From Candidatus Bathyarchaeia archaeon (GTDB taxonomy: Archaea > Thermoproteota > Bathyarchaeia > 40CM-2-53-6), in assembly GCA_049513715.1 (NCBI GenBank), contig JBEKVV010000003.1:352001-416000 (forward strand): 64,000 nucleotides of DNA, written 5' to 3'. Of this stretch, positions 1 to 8,695 are shown piece after piece (positions within the stretch are counted from its first letter, which is position 1; each line of letters starts with the position of its first letter). The notes under the pieces were generated by a model that was given only the letters and a program-made list of their open reading frames with translations, was not told where the DNA came from and searched no databases. The translations under genes were made by a program, and so were the position numbers.

Positions 1-98
1 TTTGCAATTGCGGCATCGAAGAAGTTTAGATCTCTTATTAGTCCACTCGCTTTCCTGACAAAGACTTTTTCAGTCGTAGCTTCAATTCTCCGCGAAAT
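1..98 (-). CDS. 5' end of APC-family amino acid permease (runs off window; start uncertain, ATT at 98 proposed)
   Basis: Not in ORF track. Minus frame reads ..EATTEKVFVRKASGLIRDLNFFDAAIA, the typical N-terminal FVRKASGLxR motif of archaeal amino acid permeases. No in-frame ATG/GTG/TTG after the TGA at 137-135. Confidence 0.7.
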   Translation of the reverse strand, partial: MSRRIEATTEKVFVRKASGLIRDLNFFDAAIA

Positions 99-147
99 TG
101 ATGCCGCCTCACTGCTAATAAGACTTTGGACAGTTCACTTGCATAAC

Positions 148-172
148 TATACATATAGTATACATATACTAT
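148..172. promoter_or_regulatory. Candidate operator in divergent promoter
   Basis: Perfect inverted repeat ATAGTATA-ca-TATACTAT (155-172) plus direct repeat TATACATATA (148-157, 159-168). Confidence 0.45.
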
Positions 173-256
173 TGAGTATAACTACGGGACTTATTCTCAT
201 TATCTAAGGGATAAGTATGAAATCGAACGCCCCATCCACTATATCTCGTGACTCCT

Positions 257-1486
257 ATGCCGCAAGCAAATGACCTGCAAGAACTGATTGAGAAGGATGC
301 GCGATATGTCGCTCAGATACTTCCCGGTAACAAGCGACCCATGGTCATGGAGGAAGGCCACGGAATCTACGTGAAAGACAGCTTGGGGAAAGATTACCTC
401 GATTGTACCGCTGGAATCTCCGTAAATAACCTGGGCCACAGTCACCCCAAAATACTAGAAGCCATTCGCACGCAATCCCAAAAGATTCTACACACATACC
501 CATTTGGAAATTTCATCTGCAGACCACAAGTCGAATTAGCAGAATTACTCGCCAAGATTACACCGGGACGATTATCAAGGAGCTTCTTCGTAAACAGTGG
601 AACTGAAGCCGTCGAAGGCTCCCTGAAACTGTCAAGAAAATACACTATGAAGAAGGTACTGATTTCATGTGAAAAGGCGTTTCACGGAAGAACATTCGGT
701 TCAGCGAGCGTGACTTGGAAGGAGATTTACCGAAAGCCCTTCGAACCCTTGCTCCCTGGCACGCAGTTTGTTCACTTTGGAGACGCTGACGCACTAGAAC
801 ATGCGATGACGGACGACACTGCGGCTTTCATTGTCGAACCCGTGCAAGGAGAGGCCGGGTTCATCGTTCCTCCCGACGACTACCTACCCAGAGTCAGAGA
901 AATCTGCTCCGACCATGGTGCCCTACTTATCTTAGATGAGATTCAGACAGCCTTCGGGAGAACTGGGAAGATGTTCGCCTGCCAACATTGGGGAGTAACA
1001 CCAGACATCATGGCAGTAGCAAAGGCGATAACATGTGGAGGCGTTCCGATGGGTGCCTTCATCTCAACCCCAGAAATAATGGATGCGTTCAGATGGCCGC
1101 CCCTCTCTCACACGACAACTTACGGTGGCCACGCCCTCGCATGTGCAGTTGCAAAGGCAGCCATAGAGGTGACGATCGCTGAAAAGCTGCCTGAACAGGC
1201 TGCCGAGAAAGGTGCCTACTTCAAGAAAAGACTGGTAGAGCTACAGAACGAGTTTCCAAACCTCATAAAGGAAATACGAGGGCTAGGCCTCATGTTGGGC
1301 ATCGCCTTCAGAGATACAGGTGTTGCAGACTCCTTCGTAGATGGATGCTTTGAGAAGGGCGTCATCGTCATTTGGACCATAAACTCAGCAAATGCAATAC
1401 GAATATCGCCACCACTAATCATAACGCGAGAACAGATCGACGAAGCAGTGTCAAGGTTCAGGCTGGTGCTGAAAGGCATTCGTTAG
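257..1486 (+). CDS. Class III PLP aminotransferase (acetylornithine/putrescine aminotransferase family)
   Basis: NSGTEAVE, AFHGRT, IVEPVQGEAG, DEIQTAFGRTG, AKAI (PLP Lys), TYGG. ATG at 257 preferred over GTG at 248. Confidence 0.92.
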   Translation: MPQANDLQELIEKDARYVAQILPGNKRPMVMEEGHGIYVKDSLGKDYLDCTAGISVNNLGHSHPKILEAIRTQSQKILHTYPFGNFICRPQVELAELLAKITPGRLSRSFFVNSGTEAVEGSLKLSRKYTMKKVLISCEKAFHGRTFGSASVTWKEIYRKPFEPLLPGTQFVHFGDADALEHAMTDDTAAFIVEPVQGEAGFIVPPDDYLPRVREICSDHGALLILDEIQTAFGRTGKMFACQHWGVTPDIMAVAKAITCGGVPMGAFISTPEIMDAFRWPPLSHTTTYGGHALACAVAKAAIEVTIAEKLPEQAAEKGAYFKKRLVELQNEFPNLIKEIRGLGLMLGIAFRDTGVADSFVDGCFEKGVIVIWTINSANAIRISPPLIITREQIDEAVSRFRLVLKGIR

Positions 1487-1506
1487 CTAAGCAAGAAAAG
1501 GAAAAC

Positions 1507-2460
1507 TTAGCCTGAAGTAAACACGTAGTCCTTGAAGCCTTTCTCGTGAAGATCCACTATTATTCCCCTCAGCACACCCTCCGAGTATTCACTCCCCGCA
1601 TTCAGACACAAGGTTCTACCAATTTTCGCACTCCCTTTGGATTCGTGAATGTGCCCGTGGAGCCCTAGTAGGGGTTGATACTTCTCAATAGCCTTTCTCA
1701 CCGCCGTTGAGCCCACATGATCCATCTTGAGCCCCCCTCGCTCCACGACAGGCCGTAAGGTGGCATCTAGTTTCGGCGCAACATCCAATTCAGTATCCAC
1801 CGGAGGGCAGTGCAAAGCGAAAATAGCATTCTTTGTGTTTTTCACACGAGAGGCCATGTCCTCTATTCGTTTCTCTAGGTCACTCTCCTCTATGTCTCTG
1901 GGACACTTCCAAGGGGTCATGTTGGCGTACCCAGTTGCAATCATCTCATGATGCGGATCAATCTCCGTGACCTTTCCCTCTGGATTGACCGCGAACTCTG
2001 ACTTCTCAAGAATAGCATCAATTTCGTGGCGATCGTCATTGCCTGGAACTATGTAGACCTTTATCCCTGTTCCCTTCAACTTCTCCCCAATAATCCCCAG
2101 CCATCGACCCAAAGTTTCGTTCATTAGTCTCGAAAATAGTGCGTCAACCTTGGCAGGGTCCGCGTTCAGTTCTTCCATTTCTTTCTGGGTCGTTCTGTAT
2201 GGATAGTATCCTGAATCTCTTATCATCTTCTCGAGCTTTAGTGCCTCTTCCTCGTTCTTCAGAATATTGTCTAGTCCCTGAAAATTCGCCGTGCGAGTTC
2301 CATCGGGCATCTTGACGAGTGGCACTATCATCTTGCCAGTTATGTCTCCACCAAATACAATCACGTCTGCCTTGTAGAACTTGCCCGCACTAACGAACTT
2401 CAAGAAGCAAAGTTCTGAGCCATGAATATCAGTCGTGAAATAGAGTCTAGTATTGACCAA
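1507..2460 (-). CDS. Calcineurin-like metallophosphoesterase (Icc-related)
   Basis: TDIHG, GGDITGK, PGNDD, LHCPP, LHGHIHE motifs. Confidence 0.88.
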   Translation of the reverse strand: MVNTRLYFTTDIHGSELCFLKFVSAGKFYKADVIVFGGDITGKMIVPLVKMPDGTRTANFQGLDNILKNEEEALKLEKMIRDSGYYPYRTTQKEMEELNADPAKVDALFSRLMNETLGRWLGIIGEKLKGTGIKVYIVPGNDDRHEIDAILEKSEFAVNPEGKVTEIDPHHEMIATGYANMTPWKCPRDIEESDLEKRIEDMASRVKNTKNAIFALHCPPVDTELDVAPKLDATLRPVVERGGLKMDHVGSTAVRKAIEKYQPLLGLHGHIHESKGSAKIGRTLCLNAGSEYSEGVLRGIIVDLHEKGFKDYVFTSG

Positions 2461-2651
2461 TTGCAGACTCCCCCACGCGCGCAGACGTTGAGCGCATATT
2501 AGCCTTTCGAACCTTCAATCCTTACAATCTATAAGTTAGGGACTCCTTGACTCATTGTTTCCCAAGGAAAAAACTGCAGAGAAATAACGCGTAGAGGAAA
2601 TCCGGAGAAACATTCGATTCGAGATTCTCAGATTTCATTTTGACAAGAATC

Positions 2652-2660
2652 ACTTATATA
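2652..2660 (+). promoter_or_regulatory. TATA-like box
   Basis: ACTTATATA about 35 nt upstream of ATG 2695; the same ACTTATAT occurs at 55512-55519 before the ylbE-like gene. Confidence 0.45.
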
Positions 2661-2694
2661 TCGTATTCCTGTGAAGTCGTCGCGTGGAATTCTA

Positions 2695-3537
2695 ATGCCG
2701 AAATACACGCCCCAAGACATGATTAGCGACAAGGGATACTTGGGTATGCTTTGGGACGTCGGGCTAAGAGTAAAACCTGACGAAAACCTTGGAAAGTACG
2801 CGATCGTATGGCGAGATGAGTTCGGCGAGAAGGGAAAACTTGCCGTAGACTACCTCAAGGATGCTAGGATGGTCCAAGACTTCAGGGGAAATACGACGTG
2901 GACGGGACTCTATGATGGAATCAGAGTCACAGTGGCAGCGACCAATTGGGGTTCGGCCGCTGCTGCAGTTGCAGTAGAAGAACTTGCTAATGCAGGAGTT
3001 GAAACGTTCATAAGATTCGGAACATGCGGATCCCTTCATAATTGGCTAAATCTCAATGACTTGGTCATAAGTGAGGGATTCGTCAGGGCAGACGGTGCGT
3101 CAGCCGAATACATACCTCTCGAATACCCGGCAATCTGCAACCTGGAAGTTACAAGGGCATTGGTTGACTCTGCCGAGAAACTCGGAGAGAAATATCACTT
3201 GGGGATCCTAAGAACTCACGATTCATACTACGTTGAAACCAACGCCGCGCTGAGCGACCCAACTGGAGGCGCTGGGCCAAGAGCAATGTCCCACGTCGAC
3301 AAGAGAATTGCGAGGACGTCGATATACGCCAAGGCGGGAGTACTTGCTGTGGACAACGAAGGAGCAGCGACTGTTGTGCCTGCGAGGCTTCGAGGACTCA
3401 AGAGTGGCTCCTTCCATTGCGTCACTGGCAACATGGCTACCAATGAAGAAGTTATCCCGCGAGACTGTGAACAGCGAATCAAATCATTATTCAAAGTCGG
3501 ATTTGAAGCAATCAAGAAACTCGAAAATAGGAAATGA
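2695..3537 (+). CDS. Nucleoside phosphorylase (uridine phosphorylase/PNP_UDP_1 family), divergent
   Basis: AVEEL..G..TFIRFGTCGSL, RADGASAEY..LEYPA, HLGILRTHDSYY motifs. Confidence 0.82.
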   Translation: MPKYTPQDMISDKGYLGMLWDVGLRVKPDENLGKYAIVWRDEFGEKGKLAVDYLKDARMVQDFRGNTTWTGLYDGIRVTVAATNWGSAAAAVAVEELANAGVETFIRFGTCGSLHNWLNLNDLVISEGFVRADGASAEYIPLEYPAICNLEVTRALVDSAEKLGEKYHLGILRTHDSYYVETNAALSDPTGGAGPRAMSHVDKRIARTSIYAKAGVLAVDNEGAATVVPARLRGLKSGSFHCVTGNMATNEEVIPRDCEQRIKSLFKVGFEAIKKLENRK

Positions 3538-3601
3538 GCGGCGGAACTAGCCGCCTCTCCCACCTTTCGCCACCAACGCAGAACCCGGAGGCGCGAACCT
3601 A

Positions 3602-4615
3602 TTGAAGGCTGCAGTTTTCTATGGACCAAGGAACATTAGACTTGAAGAACGTGCGAAACCTAAACTCGCAGACGATTCGATTTCGATAAGAGTGAAATGG
3701 AGCAGCCTTTGCGGAACGGACAACCACATATACCGTGGAAACTTCGACGTGAAGACCCCGCTAATTCTCGGACATGATTTCTCAGGAACTGTGGACGAGG
3801 TTGGGAGCAAGGTCACTAGACTATCTGTCGGAGACAAGGTTGTTGCTGAGCCGATTAGGTATTGCGGAACTTGCCCCACTTGCTTGAAGGGTAGGTACAC
3901 CATTTGCGAGAACAGAGCAATCATGGGGATACAGATCGACGGCTCCCTAGCTAAGTATGTAGTCGCTCCTGAGAAAAACGTCTTCGCGATACCAAACGGT
4001 GTTTCATTCCAAGAAGCAGCAACCATGGAGCCCGCCGCTGTGGCCCTCCATTCAATGGACTATGCAAAACCTGTGGCCGGCGAAACTGTGGTAATACTAG
4101 GGCAGGGACCAATTGGGCTTCTGCACACGCAGGTGGCCAGAATTTCGGGATTGACTGTAACAGCGGTAGACATCCTAGACCATCGCTTGGAGCTCGCGAA
4201 GAAGCTTGGGGCGGATTATGCGATAAACCCTTCCAAAGAAGACCTAGTGGGGAAAGTCAGATCCTTCACTAATAGAGGAGCCGACATCATTATCGATACA
4301 AGCGGATCGGTCAAGACGACTGAAATCACACCGTTCCTAGCCAGTCCTGCAGGCAGAATCATTGTCGTGGGCTCGTCCAAGGAGTTGATGACCCACGGTC
4401 CACCAGCAGAGATGATTTTGACTAAAGAACTGTCCATATACGGGGTCGCAGGAGCGCCTCTAAAGTATCCAAGGGCACTCGCGTTAGTTGGGAATAAGAA
4501 GCTTGACGTTAAGACGCTGATTACTCATAGAATCAAGCTTTCGATGATAAATGAGGCTTTCAGACTGTTCGACGATCCCAGAATGATTAAGACTTTAGTT
4601 GAGTCCTCTGGCTGA
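3602..4615 (+). CDS. Zn-dependent MDR alcohol dehydrogenase (sorbitol/threonine dehydrogenase-like)
   Basis: LCGTDNH, GHDFSG, structural Zn CGTCPTC..C, GQGPIG nucleotide-binding motif. Confidence 0.9.
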   Translation: MKAAVFYGPRNIRLEERAKPKLADDSISIRVKWSSLCGTDNHIYRGNFDVKTPLILGHDFSGTVDEVGSKVTRLSVGDKVVAEPIRYCGTCPTCLKGRYTICENRAIMGIQIDGSLAKYVVAPEKNVFAIPNGVSFQEAATMEPAAVALHSMDYAKPVAGETVVILGQGPIGLLHTQVARISGLTVTAVDILDHRLELAKKLGADYAINPSKEDLVGKVRSFTNRGADIIIDTSGSVKTTEITPFLASPAGRIIVVGSSKELMTHGPPAEMILTKELSIYGVAGAPLKYPRALALVGNKKLDVKTLITHRIKLSMINEAFRLFDDPRMIKTLVESSG

Positions 4616-4675
4616 GCTGTCGGTCAGGCTGGGTGGTCGGACTAGGCCCTCGTATTCTGCGAAAGGCTTCCTGCA

Positions 4676-5617
4676 TCAGAAAGGCGTGCCGCTGCCGACA
4701 TAGCACTTGATTTGATTTTGCTCGAAAATTCTGGCCACATGCATCATTTTGTCGTCCAAGGGAGCGGTGACGCTCCTGTACTTGTATTCCCAACCAAGCT
4801 GCTCGTACTTGGTTGTCCCTAACCTGTGAAAAGGAAGTAGGTTCACCTCCTTTTTCCTAATCTTCTTCATGAAAGTAGCCGTAGCTTTCATGTTCTCATC
4901 AGAGTCATTGAAACCAGGCACTACTGGAATACGGACGACAATTCTCGAATCGTTCCTTTGTGCGATTATGCCCTCTATGTTCTTGAGAATTAGCTCGTTG
5001 GTAACGCCTGTTCCTTCTCTATGCTTTTCTGGATCCATGTGTTTGATGTCAACGAAAACCCAATCAGCATAATTCAACGCTCTCTCCAAAATCTTTGGAG
5101 AAACATGCGCGCATGTCTCTATGGCTGTGTGAACGTAGGAATTGTAGAGCCTCTCAAGCATGGCAGTAGTGAATTCAGGTTGGGCTAGAGGTTCGCCGCC
5201 ACCGAACGTGACGCCGCCTCCTTGTCCCCAATAGGCCCTGTCTCTGGTCACGATCTCCATGGCTTCCTCTACGGTGACATCGCGGCCGACGACCCGTAGT
5301 GCTCCGTTGTAACAGCTGTTCACGCAGCTGAATTGGTGGCATTTTTCGCATTTTGACCAATCGAGGGTGATGGAATCTGCATTATTCGCCTTGCTGATAG
5401 CCCCGACGGGGCATGCTCCCACGCAGCTGTAGGTTTCTGCCTTGCATTTCCTTTGACTGTACATCAACTGAGGTTTGAACGATTGCCCTTCAGGGTTACA
5501 GCACCAGCTGCACTTGAGCGGGCACCCCTTCATGAAAAAGAGTGTTCTGCATCCGGGTCCGTCATGAACAGAGAAGCCCTGAACATCAAAAACAAGACCC
5601 CTCAGACTATGTGCCAT
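4676..5617 (-). CDS. Glycyl-radical enzyme activating enzyme (radical SAM with ferredoxin insert), HpdA-like
   Basis: HDGPG, GCPLKCSWCCNPEG (CxxxCxxC), Cys-rich ferredoxin insert, GGVTFGGGEP, IETC, VPGFND. Confidence 0.95.
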   Translation of the reverse strand: MAHSLRGLVFDVQGFSVHDGPGCRTLFFMKGCPLKCSWCCNPEGQSFKPQLMYSQRKCKAETYSCVGACPVGAISKANNADSITLDWSKCEKCHQFSCVNSCYNGALRVVGRDVTVEEAMEIVTRDRAYWGQGGGVTFGGGEPLAQPEFTTAMLERLYNSYVHTAIETCAHVSPKILERALNYADWVFVDIKHMDPEKHREGTGVTNELILKNIEGIIAQRNDSRIVVRIPVVPGFNDSDENMKATATFMKKIRKKEVNLLPFHRLGTTKYEQLGWEYKYRSVTAPLDDKMMHVARIFEQNQIKCYVGSGTPF

Positions 5618-5654
5618 GTTCGCTACGGACCCAGACCGTTCTTTGTAATCGACT

Positions 5655-5945
5655 TCACTCCCGGTCGTGTCGGGTTTTGGGCTCAGACTTCCACTCGAAT
5701 ATTTCGCATGTTCGTGTTCTGAGTTCGGGGAATGTCACGGTTATTCCTTTGCAGAGGCCCAGGGCATCAGTTTTGCTCGTGTAATTTGCGCAGAACTTAC
5801 ATTTCTTGGTTGGGACGCATTCAGTGCATGCATTTTCGTCTGTCAGAACGGAGCGCTTGTTGAGGTGACAGATTCCCTTGAAGACGTCTACTGGGGTGAA
5901 ATAGTCGCAGTCGCCACATTTCGAAACTTGGAGTTGTGTCAGCAT
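5655..5945 (-). CDS. Fe-S small subunit of GRE decarboxylase, HpdC-like
   Basis: Duplicated CxxC..GxC..C unit (CGDC..GIC..AC / CKFC..GLC..TC); lies between the GRE and its activase and abuts the GRE stop. Confidence 0.88.
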   Translation of the reverse strand: MLTQLQVSKCGDCDYFTPVDVFKGICHLNKRSVLTDENACTECVPTKKCKFCANYTSKTDALGLCKGITVTFPELRTRTCEIFEWKSEPKTRHDRE

Positions 5946-8687
5946 TTACATCAGCTCTTCGTATTCGGTTCGTGCGATGATCTCGTCCTGAATGGGTTTA
6001 GGAAGCTCTACCCAGTAATGGGTGAACCCGGCTACTCTGACGAGGAGGTCTCTGTAGTTTTCAGGATGAGCCTGGGCCTCCCTGAGCATCCTGGTGTCGA
6101 CCACATTGAACTGAATATGAAAGCCTCCCTTCCTCATGTATCCTCTAATCAGTTCGAGGAGTTTTCTTGCTCCTTCCCTTCCTCGAATTGCTGATGGATG
6201 TACCTTGAGATTCATCTGTGTGCACTGAGATTCAGAATGGTCGAAGCATGTGGCAGAGTTGAACAGGGCGTAGGGTCCATTGAGATCTGTACCGGGATAA
6301 GCGGATAAGGAAGCGTCAGCGTATGTGGTGCCGTGCAATCGTCCGTCAGGTGTGGCAATCGCTGCGGCTCCCATCGGACCATGAGTTGACACGGAAAGTT
6401 GAAGCGCATACAGTGGTTTGCCGTACAGGGATTTGTACTCGTGCGGGACCGAGCAGTAGAATTGCTCGAACGTCTTCAGGATTTCATCTGCGAAGGCATC
6501 ATCGTTTCCATATTTTGGTGCATTCAAACACCGGTAATGGGTCTCATTCCATTCTTGTGAAATTCTCTCTTGTTCCAGAAGTGAGTACGAGCCTACTTCT
6601 TCCGCGGTCTTGTACCCGAAATTACTGCGCAGTGCTTCTTTCAAATGATCGAGTGTCATCGATTTGTCTGTGTAAACGTTCTTTTTCAGCGAAGCCAGCG
6701 AGTTAACCAAGTTCATTCCGCCACAGATGTTGACGCTGAAGGTTCTGTTGTACCTGGACCCCAGCATCCCGATATGCATGCCTTTGTCGAGGCAATCGGG
6801 TTTCAATATTGAGTTGACTAATGGTGGGGTTAGTTTTCTCCAGATATCATGCTGGACATTGTTGCAGCGTATGAGGACGTCCATGATTCTTCTGAAATAG
6901 GCCTTGTATGCATCCCAGACTTCCTCGTAAGTCTCCAACTTGTAGCCGTGTGGCGGCAACACACGTCTACCTGTCCTCTGGTCAACTCCATCAAAGAGCA
7001 CTAGCTCAAGGATCTTTGGAAGGTTTAGGAAGTGGACTCCCACATCGGTTGCCGGTGCTGCCCCGCCTCTGGGAATAGTGTACTTCTTCCCGTTCAGTTC
7101 TAAGTCGACCCAAGTGCAGGCAGATGTCTGCAGGCAACCGCCTATAGCGACAGCCCTCGCTTCCTCCAGAGTCATTCCTTCTGGTCCGAAGTTCTTAAGG
7201 AGGAATTCTGTGGCAATTCGGTTGTTGACCCACGCAGGATAACCTGTCCCCGTCTTATTGCACTCAATGGCTTTCATGAGGAACTCTTCAGGCAATACCT
7301 CATCGTAGAGCAAGGTGAAGGTAGGTTGCGGGGTTTCGCAGGTGATACCAGATTCTATCATTAGCATTTCAAGTTCGTTTGCGGCGCTTTGACCGTCTTT
7401 TGTTAAGCCTCCCAAACTGACGTTGTTGAAGGTGCTTCCTGACTGTATTCCCTCAATGACGGATTTGGGTCCGAACAGGTCGATTTCGGTGAATTTCATT
7501 CTCATGCATTCTAGAAGCTCCATGGTTCGGTCTTGATCAATTCTCCCCGCGTCGACATCTTCCTTCCACCAAGGGTAGAGGACCTGCCCCAGCCTGCCCG
7601 GCGCTAAGCCAGAAAAATTGTCTTCGTTCAATACAGCGATGTGGAAAGTCCAGCACAACTGCAATGCCTCACGGAACGTCCGGGGCGGCTTTGATGATAC
7701 CCATTTCAGGATATCACGAATCTCTTCGTACTCTCTTCTCTGCTCCGGGTCCTTCTCTGTCCTCGCTAGTCTCTGCGCCTCGTCTGCAAAGTTGAGGATC
7801 CATTTCTTGATACCTTCGAGGATGATTGTTGCGGCTTTGTAGAAGTATAGGCGGTCCATTCCGTTTATTCCGTCATTCCCCGGATCGCCGCCGACTTCTG
7901 CCATCTTCTTCCTGCAAATCTCGATGATGCCGTCGATTCCGAATTGCAGGGGGTAGTAGTAGCTGATCACTTCCCTTCCTTGTGGTAATGTGTATCCTGA
8001 ATCGTACATGCAGACTAAGCTGCGCATTATCGCTTCTTTTTCGTCGTACCCCTGAACCAGCTGCTCATACTGATGCGAAACATCTTCGACGGACTTGTCA
8101 TCCCACATCGTGCTGATTTCTTTGAGGATTGGGAATTCCTCTTTTCTTAAACCGAATTTTCCTGCAATCGGAATTACGTTTCCAGTTGCGATGGTTACGT
8201 TGCCCCCGCCCTTCGCCACCTTTACTACTTCTTCAGCCGCCAGACCTCTCTTCTTAGCTTCCTCGTACCTCTTCTCAGTCTCGATAAGATAGGTTTGCGA
8301 CAGCCATGGCATGGGGAAGGACCCTCTCAAGTAAACAGTCCTCTCCATCACGAGCAGCTCTCCCTGGAAGATGCTTGGCGTTAGGTGGGAGTATGCGTAA
8401 CTGAGAGCCTTTGCCCTCCTGACTAGTGGAATCTCACCTTCAAGTTCATTCCATCTCCTCGTATACCAGTAAGGGAACTCAACGCTCGCTGAAGACTTTG
8501 TCTGGAGATAGCGGTCTCTGATGTTTCTGGCACGAAGGGTCGGTTGCTTCTTGGTTTCGCGCGACCCGATTTGCTCGGAAGCCTGTTTTCCGTATTGAAA
8601 GGATAGTTTGAGGCCTCTGCTCACTTTACTCTCCGCAAGTCTTTCATGCGTTTCCTTTTGCTTTGTTTCCTCTAACATTCCAATCAC
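5946..8687 (-). CDS. Glycyl-radical enzyme, 4-hydroxyphenylacetate decarboxylase (HpdB)-like large subunit with altered active site
   Basis: RVAGF glycyl loop (Gly887), GGCL Cys loop (Cys518), HpdB-type blocks GGGNVT, PQGREV, GRLGQVL, TFNN, GVHF, SVSTHGP. Start may be ATG 8678. Confidence 0.93.
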   Translation of the reverse strand: MIGMLEETKQKETHERLAESKVSRGLKLSFQYGKQASEQIGSRETKKQPTLRARNIRDRYLQTKSSASVEFPYWYTRRWNELEGEIPLVRRAKALSYAYSHLTPSIFQGELLVMERTVYLRGSFPMPWLSQTYLIETEKRYEEAKKRGLAAEEVVKVAKGGGNVTIATGNVIPIAGKFGLRKEEFPILKEISTMWDDKSVEDVSHQYEQLVQGYDEKEAIMRSLVCMYDSGYTLPQGREVISYYYPLQFGIDGIIEICRKKMAEVGGDPGNDGINGMDRLYFYKAATIILEGIKKWILNFADEAQRLARTEKDPEQRREYEEIRDILKWVSSKPPRTFREALQLCWTFHIAVLNEDNFSGLAPGRLGQVLYPWWKEDVDAGRIDQDRTMELLECMRMKFTEIDLFGPKSVIEGIQSGSTFNNVSLGGLTKDGQSAANELEMLMIESGITCETPQPTFTLLYDEVLPEEFLMKAIECNKTGTGYPAWVNNRIATEFLLKNFGPEGMTLEEARAVAIGGCLQTSACTWVDLELNGKKYTIPRGGAAPATDVGVHFLNLPKILELVLFDGVDQRTGRRVLPPHGYKLETYEEVWDAYKAYFRRIMDVLIRCNNVQHDIWRKLTPPLVNSILKPDCLDKGMHIGMLGSRYNRTFSVNICGGMNLVNSLASLKKNVYTDKSMTLDHLKEALRSNFGYKTAEEVGSYSLLEQERISQEWNETHYRCLNAPKYGNDDAFADEILKTFEQFYCSVPHEYKSLYGKPLYALQLSVSTHGPMGAAAIATPDGRLHGTTYADASLSAYPGTDLNGPYALFNSATCFDHSESQCTQMNLKVHPSAIRGREGARKLLELIRGYMRKGGFHIQFNVVDTRMLREAQAHPENYRDLLVRVAGFTHYWVELPKPIQDEIIARTEYEELM

Positions 8688-8695
8688 GTTCTAAT

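Noticed and set aside
5946..8687. Pyruvate formate-lyase, choline TMA-lyase or diol dehydratase call
   Set aside because: Single-Cys GGCL loop, HpdB-specific blocks and an HpdC-like small subunit place it with the decarboxylases; the hpdB symbol is withheld because the catalytic Glu residues differ.
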